DNA of 64,000 nucleotides, taken from the NCBI GenBank assembly GCA_951406725.2, contig OX597814.1:47244001-47308000 (forward strand), read 5' to 3'. Below are positions 13,511 through 26,633 of this stretch, one piece after another. The notes beneath the pieces were generated by a model that was not told the origin of the DNA, made no database searches, and saw nothing but the letters and a program-made list of their open reading frames with translations. Numbering within the stretch: the stretch's first letter is position 1; every line of letters starts with the position of its first letter. This DNA is from Octopus vulgaris. Its lineage: Eukaryota. The position numbers and the translations under genes were made by a program.

Positions 13511-16149
13511 ATCAAAACATTGAGGTAGTGGTGGTAACTTTCACAGCAGCAGTAGTGGTAGTAGTGGTCCTTCTACTGGTGGCGGTGGTAGTGGTGACGA
13601 TGGTGGGGCTGTAAGAGGTGATAATTCATACAGAGCTGTTTTGAAAGCTGTGGAGATTCGTTTGATGTGTATAAAATGTATTGATCACTCTATACATTTA
13701 CTACTGACTGTGTTAGCTATGTGCTGGCATATCGATCTATTAATTTGAACTATAGGAAGATAATATTGATCACTTGGTTTATTGCTATCTTGACTGTGAC
13801 CAAGTAATTATAATAACTTTTTGATGTTTGAATCCCTCGATTGTGATTGAGAGATGTATTGACCTCATTATATTCTACCTGTTAGATCTTGTAGGAAGTT
13901 CTTTGTTAGATTTTTATTTTACGTTGCATTGGCTTCTGAGTTGTAAAACTTGCATTTCATCTGAGGAATTAATGAAAAGTATGAATTTTCCATAGGAAAT
14001 TAATTCTAGTTGTGTATACAATTCATTATTCCATTCACAGACTGCAAAGAACTTTTTAGAACACATTGTGCTGCAGCTTATGCTTCTGGAACTGACTATT
14101 TCTTTCAAAGTGGTTTACAGTAGCTTAAATATGTGTGTGTGTGTGTGTGTTTATATATGTTCAGTGTTAGTTACCTGAACTGGTATTACATCAGCATCCC
14201 AATCATGGTTGCTTTTATCGCTTGTAATTTTTTGCTTCTTCATACAATAGGCCTTAATTTGCTCCATGTTGTTACAAAGTTGTTATTTTTGTTTTCGAAA
14301 TTTCTATGCTTTTTAGTGTCAGGAACTTCACCAATTTAAGATTCAGAATATTTCGTTAATGATCTGAGTATGACTGAATTAAAAAGTGAAGTGAAAGATT
14401 AATAATGTGCATGTCCATACACATACAGAGACATGTGTTTGCATACACATATATAGATGTGTGTGTATATATATGTATGTATACATGTGTGTCTGTACAT
14501 GCATACATGTGTATGTATGCATGAGTTGAATAGTTTTACAAATTGAAATATTCTGAGGATGTGTTTCATTAGATGTTTTATGCTTGAATATGAATAACAA
14601 AATACCCTTTTTACAAGCGCAATGCAATTCATTCCTTATGTTCAGTCTGCTATTACCACAGATTCAGAATACTGAACATTTATTCCTACACATAAGCCTC
14701 TTCCTACATATGTCCCTTAATTTTTCTGGTTTTTTAAATGACGCTCCTATTAACAATGCTAAAACATTTATTGCCTGCTTTACAGCCACATCTCCACATT
14801 ACCCCATACATCCACTCTACTAGAAATTACTTCTCCAGTTCACTGGCTCCAACTTCCTAGATTCACAGCCACTAAGCGGACAATTTTTTTTTTAATGGCT
14901 AACAAAGTTAAAACAGTACTCTTTGAGAGTACTGGCTAACCACTGGATGGGAAACTTTCTCTTAGATCATGTTAACAGTGCATATTTCATCATCAGAGAT
15001 GTACTTCTGGCCTTAGTTGCCTCTACTCTAACCTTCTGCTTCATTAATAACCTATTTACTATCATGTTTTAACACACACACAGTCTAGTTTGCTGATGAC
15101 TACAGTCAAACTTTTTTTCCTCTTCTGTATACAGGCCCTGTTCTTATTTAAAATTATACTATCTCCCATTAGGCACGAACATTCTCAGTAAAAATATCTT
15201 ACAGTGGGGTCTTAACAGTCTAATCTCATTAAGTAGACACATACCATAACTTTACACACATCAAGAAAGTAAACTTTCAATACTGCATCTTCAGTCACAC
15301 AATTTAAACTACCACACTCTCCCTTTAAATGCTAAACCTTAAAATTGTTGATAACCTTTCATGATAACTACAAATTCTTCACATAGCAAGCACTGCATCA
15401 TGAAAGCTGGGTTTATTTCCAGAGTCTGAACAACAACTAACTTTATACAAAGCAAAATAAAACGAAAAAGAAAAAAAGGACTGCTCACACATTTCAGTTG
15501 GAACTCCCACCATGTACACTGATATATTATGCCATAACCTGACAAACAGCTTCACTCATGACTCTAGAAAATGGCTCAACATGACTGTTCTTGGATGTTT
15601 GTGAACTAGAAAACAAAATTTGTTCCACTGTCAAGCTGTTCTCATTTTATCTCTTCCATTGCTCTATTTGTCCCTGAATCTCTGAACTTAACTGCATGCC
15701 TCCAACAAAATCAATGTGATACATGCATACTTTCTCTCCCTCTAACACAATTGTATCTTTCTCTCTACTTGACATCATATTAAATATTTAGTCGAATCCT
15801 TCTTCTCTGGACTCATAGCTGTTTGGAGTTCCATTTCTGTCTTTATCTTTCCCTTAAGTTCTAACTTGAACAAAATGAAAATAAAACTGAGTATCATTAT
15901 ATTAATCTCAACTAGCTATTTGTATTTCTTACAACCGATTAACTGATTTGGAAGCTTTCTAACAGTTTTCCTACTTGAAAATAGTGACAACAACATCTAA
16001 CATTTCAACTTTAAGCCCAAAAGACTGATCCTGTATGAAGTGAGGGAGCCTTTTTAGTACCATGGACTATAGGTACATCAAAAACTGTGGTGGAGTGCAT
16101 CAATATTGAGAAGTGTAATGAATGATTCTTTAGTTTTGCAATTCATAAA

Positions 16150-16506
16150 TATGTTGTTGTTGGCATCCTTTTTGTCTTGGGAGACAATGGAGTTGCGCCT
16201 TTTACAGCAGCACTGAAATGTCCTCTCCAGTTTTGCGCAGGCCTGGGCTAGAATTAAGAAAATCCTGGGTAGCCCAATCGTCATGATTCCTCTCTCAACC
16301 TTGCTGACGTTGTCCAAAGGAGTGCAGAGCATTATGTTTGGCACCAGCTTGGTTGCAGGAGCTGCCAGAAGAGTGTTGAGTCGAACACTAAACCACCTTC
16401 GGGGCTCCACTCCGGATTTCTTTGAAGGTTGTCTCCTTTCCGTAACCCTGGATAGGGACCCATACCGGGTACTGTCATCCAGAGCCAGATGAGCCCGGGA
16501 CTTTAT
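16150..16506 (-). mobile_element. Putative RTE-related non-autonomous element
   Basis: GC/CpG-richer block ending on the minus strand in gtctcccaagacaaaaaggatgccaacaacaac, an RTE-like (CAA)n tail. Confidence 0.5.
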
Positions 16507-17101
16507 ATGCAACTTTATATTAAATTACTGTTTTGATCCTAAGACTTAAACTGTTTATGTTTTTTCATATGGTTTTTTAGAGACTTTTATTATCATCATC
16601 GCCATCATCATTTAATGTCTGTTTTCCATGCTGGCCCAGGCTGGATAGTTCAATAGGAGCTGGCAAGCCAGAGGACTGTGCTGAACTCTAATGTCTGCTT
16701 TGGCAGGATTTCTACAGCTAGATGCCCCTTCCTAATACCATCCACTTTACAGAGTGTACTGGGTGCATTTTACATGGCACCAGTGAGGTCACAAGTAACT
16801 CACAAGAGAAGACCTTTTGACTGAGTGGGATAGCTTTATGTCCGGGTGATGAGAAGTTAAAGTATGGTAGGGGGACAGGAACAGGTGTCCAGCTGCAGAG
16901 AAGGTACATGGTTACCTTCATAGGAAAAGAAAGCAGATGGTGGTGAAGGTGTGTTAGAGAGCATCTTCACGTTTCAGGAAGGTAAATGTAAGGGAAATGG
17001 TGTGGATAGGTTTGTTTGTAAATGTGAAAGGAGAGCAACAAATGGATAGAGGTGGAGAAGGAGAGAAATGCTTTGAGTGGTGAACACTGATGGGGGAACG
17101 A

Positions 17102-17333
17102 TTAGCCCTTTAGCACTCAGATTATTCAGTCAAATGTAATGTTTATTTATTCACATTGTTTTGAATTAATTATGTATTATCTTGTGACTTAAAGATTTTT
17201 ATGATGTGATTGTTTGTTTATTTTTAGAATGACATTGTAATGTAGGTATGAAAGGCCAGATCTGGTCAGTTTGAACATAAAAGAAGGTAGAATACTTGGG
17301 CCAGCTGTAGTCAGTTAAATACTAAACAGTTAA
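17102..17333. mobile_element. piggyBac-like MITE family E
   Basis: Diverged copy of ttaaccctttagca...tgctaaagggttaa. Other copies at 26404, ~35775, 39454 and 39836. Confidence 0.7.
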
Positions 17334-17789
17334 GTGTGAATATCGTTGAATGAAAAGGTAGCAGGAGTAGGTGTCACGGAGGTAATAGGTGGCAGCAAAG
17401 ATGATGGGAGGTGAGATATGCACAGTGCCAGGGACTAAGTCAGTGGTACATAAGGGTGGAAATAGTGGGAATAAATAGAGGTAATGGGAGAAGGCAGAAC
17501 TGGGTGCGTGTGCATGGGAAAGAGGAGGTGAAAGAGGCATTCAGGGGAAAATGAGATAGTAAAGGATGATATTGAGAATGTGTGAGACAAAGGAAGTGGT
17601 TTCAAGGAGGATGAGAAATAGAGAATGAAATATGTGCAGTTCCACTCTCATAACTATTGCAGCTGAGTGGAGTGAGTAGTACCATAGTCAGAATAGTGAT
17701 GGAGGGATGTGCTAAGATGAGTTGTGGGAGGGGTGGATATTAGAAAAAATGAGTTAATTTCAAATTTGAATGTGAGCTTAATTTTGCCT

Positions 17790-18000
17790 ACAGGCAAGGT
17801 GTTCTTGACTCCCTGTTCTAGGTGGTTGCTCAACCTGTTGGAAATAGCCACTGAATCTTCTTCAAATTACCCCTTTCTGTCTTTAAAAAAGGAAGGAAAG
17901 TACAGAGGATAATATAGTCTAAAGTACATTATGTCTAGATAAAAAAGACTACACAGTAATATCTGAAAAGCCTTTGGCCATAGGTCTGCTTGATTACAAG
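17790..18000 (+). mobile_element. Old SINE-like family G
   Basis: ggttgctcaacctg.tagaaatagc..ccaaatct motif; reverse copies near 10200-10400, 28860-29020, 46300-46470 and 60850-61150. Confidence 0.55.
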
Positions 18001-18227
18001 AATCCCTCATAAATGCAATTTGGTTGTAGCTATACAACAATAGCTGTTTCCTCCAGTTAGGAAAAATAAAAATCTCTTCTTTTATAAACCTTATACATCT
18101 ATTTACTTTTAACTCCATGGCAAATGGTTTTATACTCAGCCTCAAAATTATTGCTGTGGTACTATATAAAACTGGACTAAGTTGTTGAAAAGAACTGTGT
18201 TATCTTTGTTTCTATGTTCATACCATA

Positions 18228-18433
18228 CAGGGGATGCTGAAAAATTCCTGGCTTTGAGTAGAAAGAAAAAATACAGGAGGATCAGTTAGTCACAGTTGTA
18301 TTCAACATATTCCCCTCTCAGATTCACACAGATTGCAGCAGCCCTTCAGTTTTCCTAAGAACTCAGAAGATTAGACCTCCAACCAGGCCTTTCACAATAC
18401 CCTTAAAACCAGGAATTTTTCAGCACCCCCTCG
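18228..18433. mobile_element. mariner-type MITE (206 bp)
   Basis: TA|caggggatgctgaaaaattcctgg ... ccaggaatttttcagcaccccctcg|TA: TIRs with TA target duplication. Confidence 0.85.
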
Positions 18434-18645
18434 TACATATATTTAACTAGCATCACCATACAACCTGTACTAGTTATCTTACACAATATCTCCATCATAG
18501 GCACACACAAACATTTACTCATACATGCATACTTGCATACACAGAATGAAATGGGTGGTTGTATTACATCCTTTTAAATTGCCTAAAAATGTATATTTAA
18601 TAAAACAGAATTATTAGTAAAATATATTTATTACAACTTTTCAAG

Positions 18646-18781
18646 GGTACTTTAAAAAGGACATTACAAGGACATGGACATTGGGTAAACACCATGGCTC
18701 TGAGTACAGATTATGTGATGCGTACTTCGGCATTTGATCCCAGAAATGCAGATGTTGTTTACAGAGATGTCACTGAATCAG
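18646..18781 (+). CDS. NLE1: Notchless homolog 1, internal exon
   Basis: ttttcaAG acceptor, GTATGC donor, phase 0/1. Encodes GTLKRTLQGHGHWVNTMALSTDYVMRTSAFDPRNADVVYRDVTES; RTLQGHGHWVNTMALSTDY is the NLE1 signature. In frame with the previous exon. Confidence 0.95.
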
Positions 18782-19704
18782 GTATGCTACTTCTGTTGTC
18801 TTTCTTTTCTTTTTTACTCTTTAGTTTTGTAATTAATTTTTCAGCATCAGCTCAGAATCCATGAACAAAAGCTAACTGCATGTTGAAAAATTCTATTTTC
18901 TTCTCCAATTTCTCATTCATCCGTATGCCAATACCACTGTCTTTGTTTACAGCTGCTCTTCCAACTTCACTTACAAGAGTTGCAGAATGCCATTGTTATA
19001 GGTTCTAAAGATTAAAATGTCAAACTGACTGAGATAAACTCCTGTGTTTAATTCAAGCTATTTTTCTTGGTGCCGGTTCAGTAGAGATGTAAATGTCAAA
19101 GACAAGAAAAACAAACACTTGGTTTTAACTTTACCAATGACACTAACACCTCAATTCTAAACAACAGTTTATTGATTTTTTTTTTGTTTTTCTTTTTTCA
19201 TTTTTAAAGTTGATATAGTAAGAGAGAAGGCATAACTCAAGAGTAGTGTTTCTTAAACATTTTTTTCCTATTTTTACCCCACTTCACTAATTTATTATCC
19301 TGTTCTTTCTACACACACACACACACACACACAGCTTGTATCCTAACTGAGGGAGAGCATTTATCTACATCTTATAAAGCCAACTGTTAGGTACTGAGTC
19401 ACTTACTCTGCATGCTAGTTGACCAGTTACTTCAACAGATCCTGTTTACAGAGACAGTGTTTAACTGTGCAAAGTATCATAACAAGCAGGTAACACGCTA
19501 ACTATAAAGCATGAAAATGTGAACAGCTAGCCTTTGATGTGTTTGTGTTTTTTAGCTTACTGGCAACTTCATGTTCATGTCTCCTCCATAACACTGATTC
19601 TGCCTCTTAATATCTTTCTTCTGTTTTCTTGATGATGTGTAGAACCATGATGGCTGGGATCTGGTATTCATAATTGGTAAAAAATATTTTATTTCCATTT
19701 CTAG

Positions 19705-19751
19705 CTGAAGAGCTTGCCAAGAAAGCTTTAGAGAGATACAAGTCTGTTAAG
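19705..19751 (+). CDS. NLE1: Notchless homolog 1, 47-nt internal exon
   Basis: ttccatttctAG acceptor, GTAATG donor, phase 1/0. Encodes (A)EELAKKALERYKSVK, aligning with human ELKERALSRYNLVR. Phase fits the upstream exon. Confidence 0.88.
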
Positions 19752-20019
19752 GTAATGATCGTTTATTTCATTTGCATCTTGTGATTCTGCTGCACTTCTT
19801 GTGTGTCAATAGTTTGCACTGGTTGCACTGTATGGAATTTACCCTTACATCTTTTCTATATATCAAACAGAGCCATTTTCATGATGGGAGTAGAGTACTG
19901 TGTGTTTTCCTGCTTACTAGAACTTTGATCTTTGCTAAGTTAACTTTAAGCCCATTGATCCCAGATTTTGCTTTTACACCTGGACAAGGTCATCAACATA
20001 TAACAGTTCTCAAAGGCAC

Positions 20020-20455
20020 TTAGTCTTAAACCCCTATTTTATAGCAGCCTGGAGAATCATGATAAGTAGGAGGAGATTGAGAACTGAGCCCTGGTGAACT
20101 ATCTGCACACTAAATTCATTGCTGTACTTGTTGCTTGCTCTCATCTTACAGACCGCACTCTTGTCAAGCCATTCATATACTCTTAACTTATACAGCAACC
20201 ATATCAAAGAGCAAAGGATCCTGTCAAAGGTTTCTGCCGGTTGATGAATGTCAAGTGCAATGACTTCTTTTAGCTAAATACTTCTCCTGGAGTTGCCTTA
20301 CTAGAAAGAGAGTAATCTGTTGTACTTCTCCCTGGCATAAAACCAAACTTCATATCATCTTTGCTGATTCTCTTCCTAATTAGTTGAGCTATAACTCTTT
20401 CTGTAATTTCATGACCTGATCCAACAATTTGATACCCTTGAAATTAGTTCTCTCT
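20020..20455 (-). mobile_element. RTE LINE RT remnant
   Basis: DDMKFGFMPGRSTTD and, after a frameshift, FLVRQLQEKYLAK. Confidence 0.8.
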
Positions 20456-20461
20456 AAGGAA

Positions 20462-20510
<49 letters not shown>

Positions 20511-21009
20511 TGTGTGAGTGTACGTGTGTGCATGTGTGTTTGTATGTGTGTGTGTCTGTCTGTCTGTATAATTATTTTGTATATTTGGTTTGCTATTCTC
20601 ACTATGACTTACATAAGTTTATTTCTACTCACCAGTGGATGTGAAATATTTAAACATGTAGATATAGATAGCATATTGCTTACAATATGTTACCTCTAAC
20701 ATAAAGCAGGGTTAATATTAAGGGCAGTGGATTACCAGAATCATTAGAATGTTAAACGAAATGCTTTGCTGTATTTAGTTATGTTTTGAGTTCAAATCCC
20801 AACAAAATCACTTTCGCCTTTCATCCTTCAAGTCTTCATAAAATCAAATAGTAAAGTTCTAGGGAGAATTCAATCAACTATACCATCCCTCAAAATGTGT
20901 GGTGTTATGCCAATATTAACCATTTTGAAATACACTGATCTTATTTCATTTAATTTTGGCAAAAAAATAAAGAATTTAGTAAAATAAATGTTATTATTAA
21001 GCTGGTGTC

Positions 21010-21460
21010 AGGTGGCAAGCTAACAGAATCATTAGCACTCCAGGCAAAATGCTTAGTGGCATTTCATCCGTCCTTACATTCTGAGTTCAAATTCCGCTGT
21101 GGTCAACTTTGCTTTTCATCCTTTCAGAGTCAATGAAATAAGTACCAGTTGAGTACTGGGTTCGATGTAACCAACTGGCCCCTTCCCCAACAATTTCAGG
21201 CCTTGTGCCTATAGTAGAAAGGATTATTAAGCTGGCATACAGTGCCACATAAGAGTACCCGTGCAGCACAACATAAAAGCACCATGTGATGGTATGTGAG
21301 AGCATCCAGCACACTCTGTAAAGTGGTTGGCATTAGGAAGGGCATCCAGCTGTAGAAGCCATGCCAAATCAGATTGGAGTCTGGTGCAGCTCCCCAGCTT
21401 GCCAGCTCTGGTCAAACTGTCCAACCCATGCCAGTATGGACAACAGGCATTAAATGATGG
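21010..21460 (+). mobile_element. SINE B followed by RTE 3' end
   Basis: Family B 21010-21222 and family C 21232-21460. Confidence 0.75.
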
Positions 21461-22341
21461 TGGTGTTTGGAACATAATACAACACAAAATTTTGATGGAA
21501 GACTTTATCATACAAACCATGGGTGGTCTAAGGTAGGTTTATATTCTTAATAAAAAATAAAATAAAGAAACCAGCAAATCATACAACTGAGTATATGTAT
21601 AGCTATGTACATGCACACACACACAACCAATTTAATTCTAACATCTAACATATGCTATGTCATTCATTCCAGGTGCTAAAAGTACAGAAGCATACCTAGC
21701 AAATTAATTTCAATAAGACTGAAGTTTGCTAAAATACAATATTATTTGTACTAGGATAGAAGCTTCATAGAAAATGGAATATTTATAGATGATTCTTTCA
21801 ATTTGATTCACATAAAGGTTTTCCACTTCATTCAAAATCACTGAACCAAAAAACCCAGCTACATTCTAACACTTCAACAGTGGCAGTAGTAATAACTATC
21901 AAATTTATAGCTTTCAAAGAAATCAAATGTACTTTCAAAGGCTTCCTTATATATGTGGCTTGTGTATGTCTGTCTGACTGTTTGGAAGGTGCACATAAAT
22001 ATATTGTGTATGTGTTTGTGTGCGTATGTATGTGTGTATGTTTGTGTGTGTGTGTGTGTATGTAAATAGAAAACATATATACATATGGACTCTCTAAATA
22101 AGTATTTAAATATGTTACCTCTATATGTATGTATATATGTATGTATGTGTATATATACATATATATATATATATATAATTCAAAGAGAATTAGAAGTTGT
22201 GAATCCAACTAGATAAAGGATATTATCTATCTGATATACTACTGGTAGAATACCTAATTAATGCACAAGTGCTGGTTATTGCGTGGCAATTACGCAATTA
22301 CACTAGGCGAGGGTAATAAGTGGTTTTACCCTTCATTTATA

Positions 22342-22617
22342 TGGCAAGAAGAAAATGGAGGGAATCCAGAGGTAGTATTCATCAGGTGTTAGACATTATA
22401 TTATGTCTATTTATTTATTTCAAACATTTCAGATAATATATATAACTACATGAGTAAAGTACTAGTAATTTCTTCTTCCTCTATTCTAGAAATTACTAGT
22501 TCTTTACACATGTAGTTATATATATTATCTGAACTGTTAAAAATAAATAAATAGACATAATATAAAGTCTAACAGCTGATGAATACTACCTCTGGATTCC
22601 CTCCATTTCCCTCTTGC

Positions 22618-22619
<2 letters not shown>
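22342..22619. repeat. Long palindrome, ~132-bp arms, 14-nt loop
   Basis: 22342-22473 reverse-complements 22488-22619; abuts (TA)n. Confidence 0.92.
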
Positions 22620-22656
<37 letters not shown>

Positions 22657-22658
<2 letters not shown>

Positions 22659-22812
22659 TCATCATCGTTTAACGTCCGCTTTCCATGCTAGCATGGGTTG
22701 GACAATTTGACTGAGGTCTGGTGAACCAGATGGCTGCACCAGACTCCAATCTGATCTGGCAGAGTTTCTACAGCTGGATGCCTTTCCTAACGCCAACCAC
22801 TTTGAGAGTGTA

Positions 22813-22868
<56 letters not shown>

Positions 22869-23018
22869 TCATCATCATTTAATGTCCGTTTTCCATGGGT
22901 TGGATGGCTCGACCGAGGTCTGGTAAGCCATGGAGGCTGCAACCAGGCTCCAGTCTGATTTGGCAGTGTTTCTACAGCTGGATGCCCTTCCTAACGCCAA
23001 CCACTCCGAGAGTGTAGT
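22657..23018 (-). mobile_element. Two tandem RTE 3'-end fragments in (TA)n
   Basis: 22657-22812 and 22866-23018, separated by (TA)n. Confidence 0.8.
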
Positions 23019-23019
23019 G

Positions 23020-23060
<41 letters not shown>

Positions 23061-24243
23061 CACAAACTCAGGAGAGTCAACAGCCATCCATAATAGTGTG
23101 AATATATGATATGCTTGTATAGGTGTGTATTTGCATGCATATGTGAATGCATATGAGAGAAAAAAATACTTTTATTTGAAATTTATGCTGTTTATACTCT
23201 CTAGATATCTTTTTATTTTTCTAGTTCATTTTTCCTCATTTAATGACTTCAAAAGTTTATGTCACTCATACATTTATTGCTATAAAATCTGATGCATTCG
23301 TACTTTTGGTGCCACTTCATTGTTCCCTTTTTTCTAGTGTATGACAAAGCTTGAACACCTTGCATCCTCAAGCAGTGGACCATTTCTTTTTAATGGTCAG
23401 AACATCATATTATGTGTCTGCGAGAGTTTCCTCACTTGTGAGGACATGTGGGAGGTGTGATATAAACAAAAGTTGTACTTCTCTGGTTGCTCTTACAGGC
23501 AACCCTCTGCTCAAGTGCTATTGCTGAACAGGAGGTGGAGTCTTAGTCTTGTCATACTGATGTATGCCTTCATCACTGTGAGACTCATGAGAAAGAGGCA
23601 AAAAACCATAAAAGATGGTCATACATAATAGTATGTTATCACTCTCTCTCTCTCTCTCTCTTTCCCCTGTCTATTATATCATATCATCACACATCACCTC
23701 ACCACCCCTTATCCATTCCTCAACCCTATCAAACCTTTGCAGTTGTCACCTACTCTTTCCTATTTCCCTCTCAATGCTTGTTTTTCATTCATTATATTCA
23801 CTGCTCCACCCATTCTCCACTCTCATTTCCCCATTCACCTTTGAAGGTTCCACCCGTCACACTTCCAGTTCATCCCCCATTCACTGCTACACACCTACCT
23901 TGAAGGTCCATGCAAACACTTCAACACCGCCATTTTTGTCTCCTCCTCACTCCACCCAGATCACTCCCCACCCCCTCTTCTAAAATGTGGCTCCTCTACT
24001 GCAAGAAACCTGCTCTGTTCTGGCCCCATCTCTCATACTTTAAAACCTTCTCCCAGCATAAGGCCAACTCTCTCAGTGTTTGTAGTCTTGCAAGCTGCAT
24101 AGCAACCTCACTGATGCTGGACATGAAAATTGCATTAGCTGGATGATTTGAAAGAATTCATCAAGTTGAAGGAACCATGTCTCACTTGAATATCTCAATT
24201 TTGTCATGGTTTCTATAGTTGGATGACCTTTCAAACACCACCA

Positions 24244-24680
24244 TGTTCTTGGTCTCAAGCATTTGTCTTATGAAGAAAGGCTGAAGATGCTCGACCTTTA
24301 TTCTCTAGAAAAACAATGACGCCGTGGTGATTTCATTCTCGCTCACAACATCATAAGCGGATAGTGTAACCTCTCGAAAGAGCTGTTCTTCACTCCTGCT
24401 CCAGAGCGTTGGCTGCGGGGTCACTCCGAAAAGCTCTATCTGCAACGATTTCATCTCAATCGAAGGAGAGGGGCTTTTTCCATCCGGGTTGCAGATCCGT
24501 GGAATAAGCTGCCGGACGAGATAGTGAAGATGCCGACGACCGCTCAGTTCAAAGTCTCTCTTGACCAGAAATGACCTGAACTCTTTGCATGAACACCCTC
24601 CCTGTACATAACTCCATGTCCCCCTACATGGCCTTGCTTTTTGCTTTTTGAGCCAAAAAATTAACTTAACTTAACTTAAC
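24244..24680 (+). mobile_element. CR1-type LINE 3' end with (AACTT)n tail
   Basis: GLKHLSYEERLKMLDLYSLEKQ*RRGD...LRGHSEKL...FSIRVADPWNKLPDEIV; interrupts an older family C copy. Confidence 0.9.
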
Positions 24681-26403
24681 CACTCTACAGAGTATACTGG
24701 GTGCACTTTTTCATGGCACCAGTACAATAGAAGTTGTTTTGCACTCAGGAAGACTAAAGCATTTTTTCAGTTTGAATTTGTCTCTACTTGATTTGCAAAT
24801 CAGCTTACAGAGGTTACTGAGTATTTTTGTATGGCACTAGCACTAGTGAGGTTGCCTTGTAAATTGCAAGACTGACGGCTCCCCTCCCAAAATTTCTAAA
24901 AGAGAATAGAAGTGAGAGTGATGACTTTAGCTGAGGCATTTGAGAGAAGTTAAAGTATGATAGGAGGAACAAATTTATTGTTGTGAGAGTGCGCAAATGG
25001 AGAGAGTAATGAAGAAGATTATATACGTGTACACATATATACATATGAACATAAGCACTCATATATATATATATGTGCACACACATTCACACACATAATA
25101 TATACAGATTAGTATGTCATTTTGACATATATGTGTGTATGTGTGTCTGTGTATATATAATATAGGTGTCATATTAAATATGACATTAAATATAGATTCA
25201 GTGAAAATTTATATTTGCGTAATTGCCAAACGTACTTAGCAACCCTTAGATATATATACTAATATACATTCACTCATACACACTTCCCCCAGAAATATAT
25301 TGTGGGAAAAATCAAAACCATGTTTTGAAACACCCATATTTAAATGAGCAGTCTACTCATTTCCTCTCTTACAAATAATAGTATTGGTGAATACTCAGTA
25401 TAAACATGTGTATGACCATTATTGTTGTAGTATTAGTTTGTTTGTTTGGTTGTTTCTTTTACTTATTTATATATATATATTTTTTATATCCAGCAGACCA
25501 TTTTTGCAAGTGGCTTAATGACTGTTGTGGAATAAACCACTCCTAATATTTTAGTTTTATTTTTCTACTTGGTGGGATAGGGTATAGTTTACAAGAGCAC
25601 AATCTGAAACCTTAAAGAAATGAGAAAAAAAGGAATACATTGTCATGCCACCTTGATCCCTAGGATGTTCATTGTTGTAAACAGGGAATGCTGGAGAGAA
25701 GATTATAACCATAGTATTAGTTGTAATTAGATTAGTTATGACTTATGTACATTTAATGTCTTAAATTTCTTGGCAGAATAGAATTTAAAAAATATGGTAT
25801 TGTATCTTTGCAAATTCTTTTTCTATCTCTGACAGGAAATTAACTTGTAAATTTATTTGCTGAGAATCTTTGTGTAATACTTTTAATAATTTTTACTGTG
25901 TGCCCACCTGCATATTGGGTTTTGACTATTGCTCCAATTTGGGATTGGTATCTTTCTGTTAGGCCATATTATTGCAGTTTTTTCTCTGATCAACTTTCTC
26001 TGAACTTTAGGTTGTTTTCTCGCATTCTTTGTCATCTATTTTAACAACTTACTTACTGTACAAATGATATTACTTTTCGCTCTACCTTAACCCTCCACAC
26101 AAACAACATTCACAGGCAACCTAAACACATCACATTAAATTTGTTCTGCTTCCATGAACAGAGGCTTTAAAAACATCCTGCAATGGCACCATATCAACCT
26201 TTTCTTTTCATCCAGACAAAGACACACTCAACTACACACTTTAACCCTTTCATAACTGTATTTATTTTGAGATGCTCTGTGTTTCTTTCAATTACTTTAA
26301 ATATAACAAAGAATTGAGTAAAATAACTTATTTATCATTCTGCAATGGCACCATATCAACCTTTTCATTTTAATCCGGACAAAGACACACTCAACTACAC
26401 ACT

Positions 26404-26633
26404 TTAATCCTTTAGCATTCAGATTATTCTGTCAAATGTAAGGCTAAAATATTTACATCATTTTGAATTAATCATACATTATCTCATAACTTTGAAATTT
26501 CAATGATGTTATTGTTTATTTTTAGAATGACATTGTTGGACAAGTGTGGAGTGTTGAATCTGGGGCAAGTTTGAACATAAAAGTGGCAGAATATTTTGGC
26601 CGGAGAGGGCCAATTTAAATGCTAAAAGGTTAA
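26404..26633. mobile_element. piggyBac-like MITE family E, TTAA-flanked
   Basis: TTAA tcctttagcatt...aatgctaaaagg TTAA. Confidence 0.75.

Noticed and set aside
14690-15800. Possible decayed LINE RT (FADD near 15090)
   Set aside because: Too degraded to assign boundaries or clade.
22576-22610. CTGATGA in foldback arms (also at 1722) as hammerhead or C box
   Set aside because: No stem II followed by GAAA, and no convincing D box with terminal stem.
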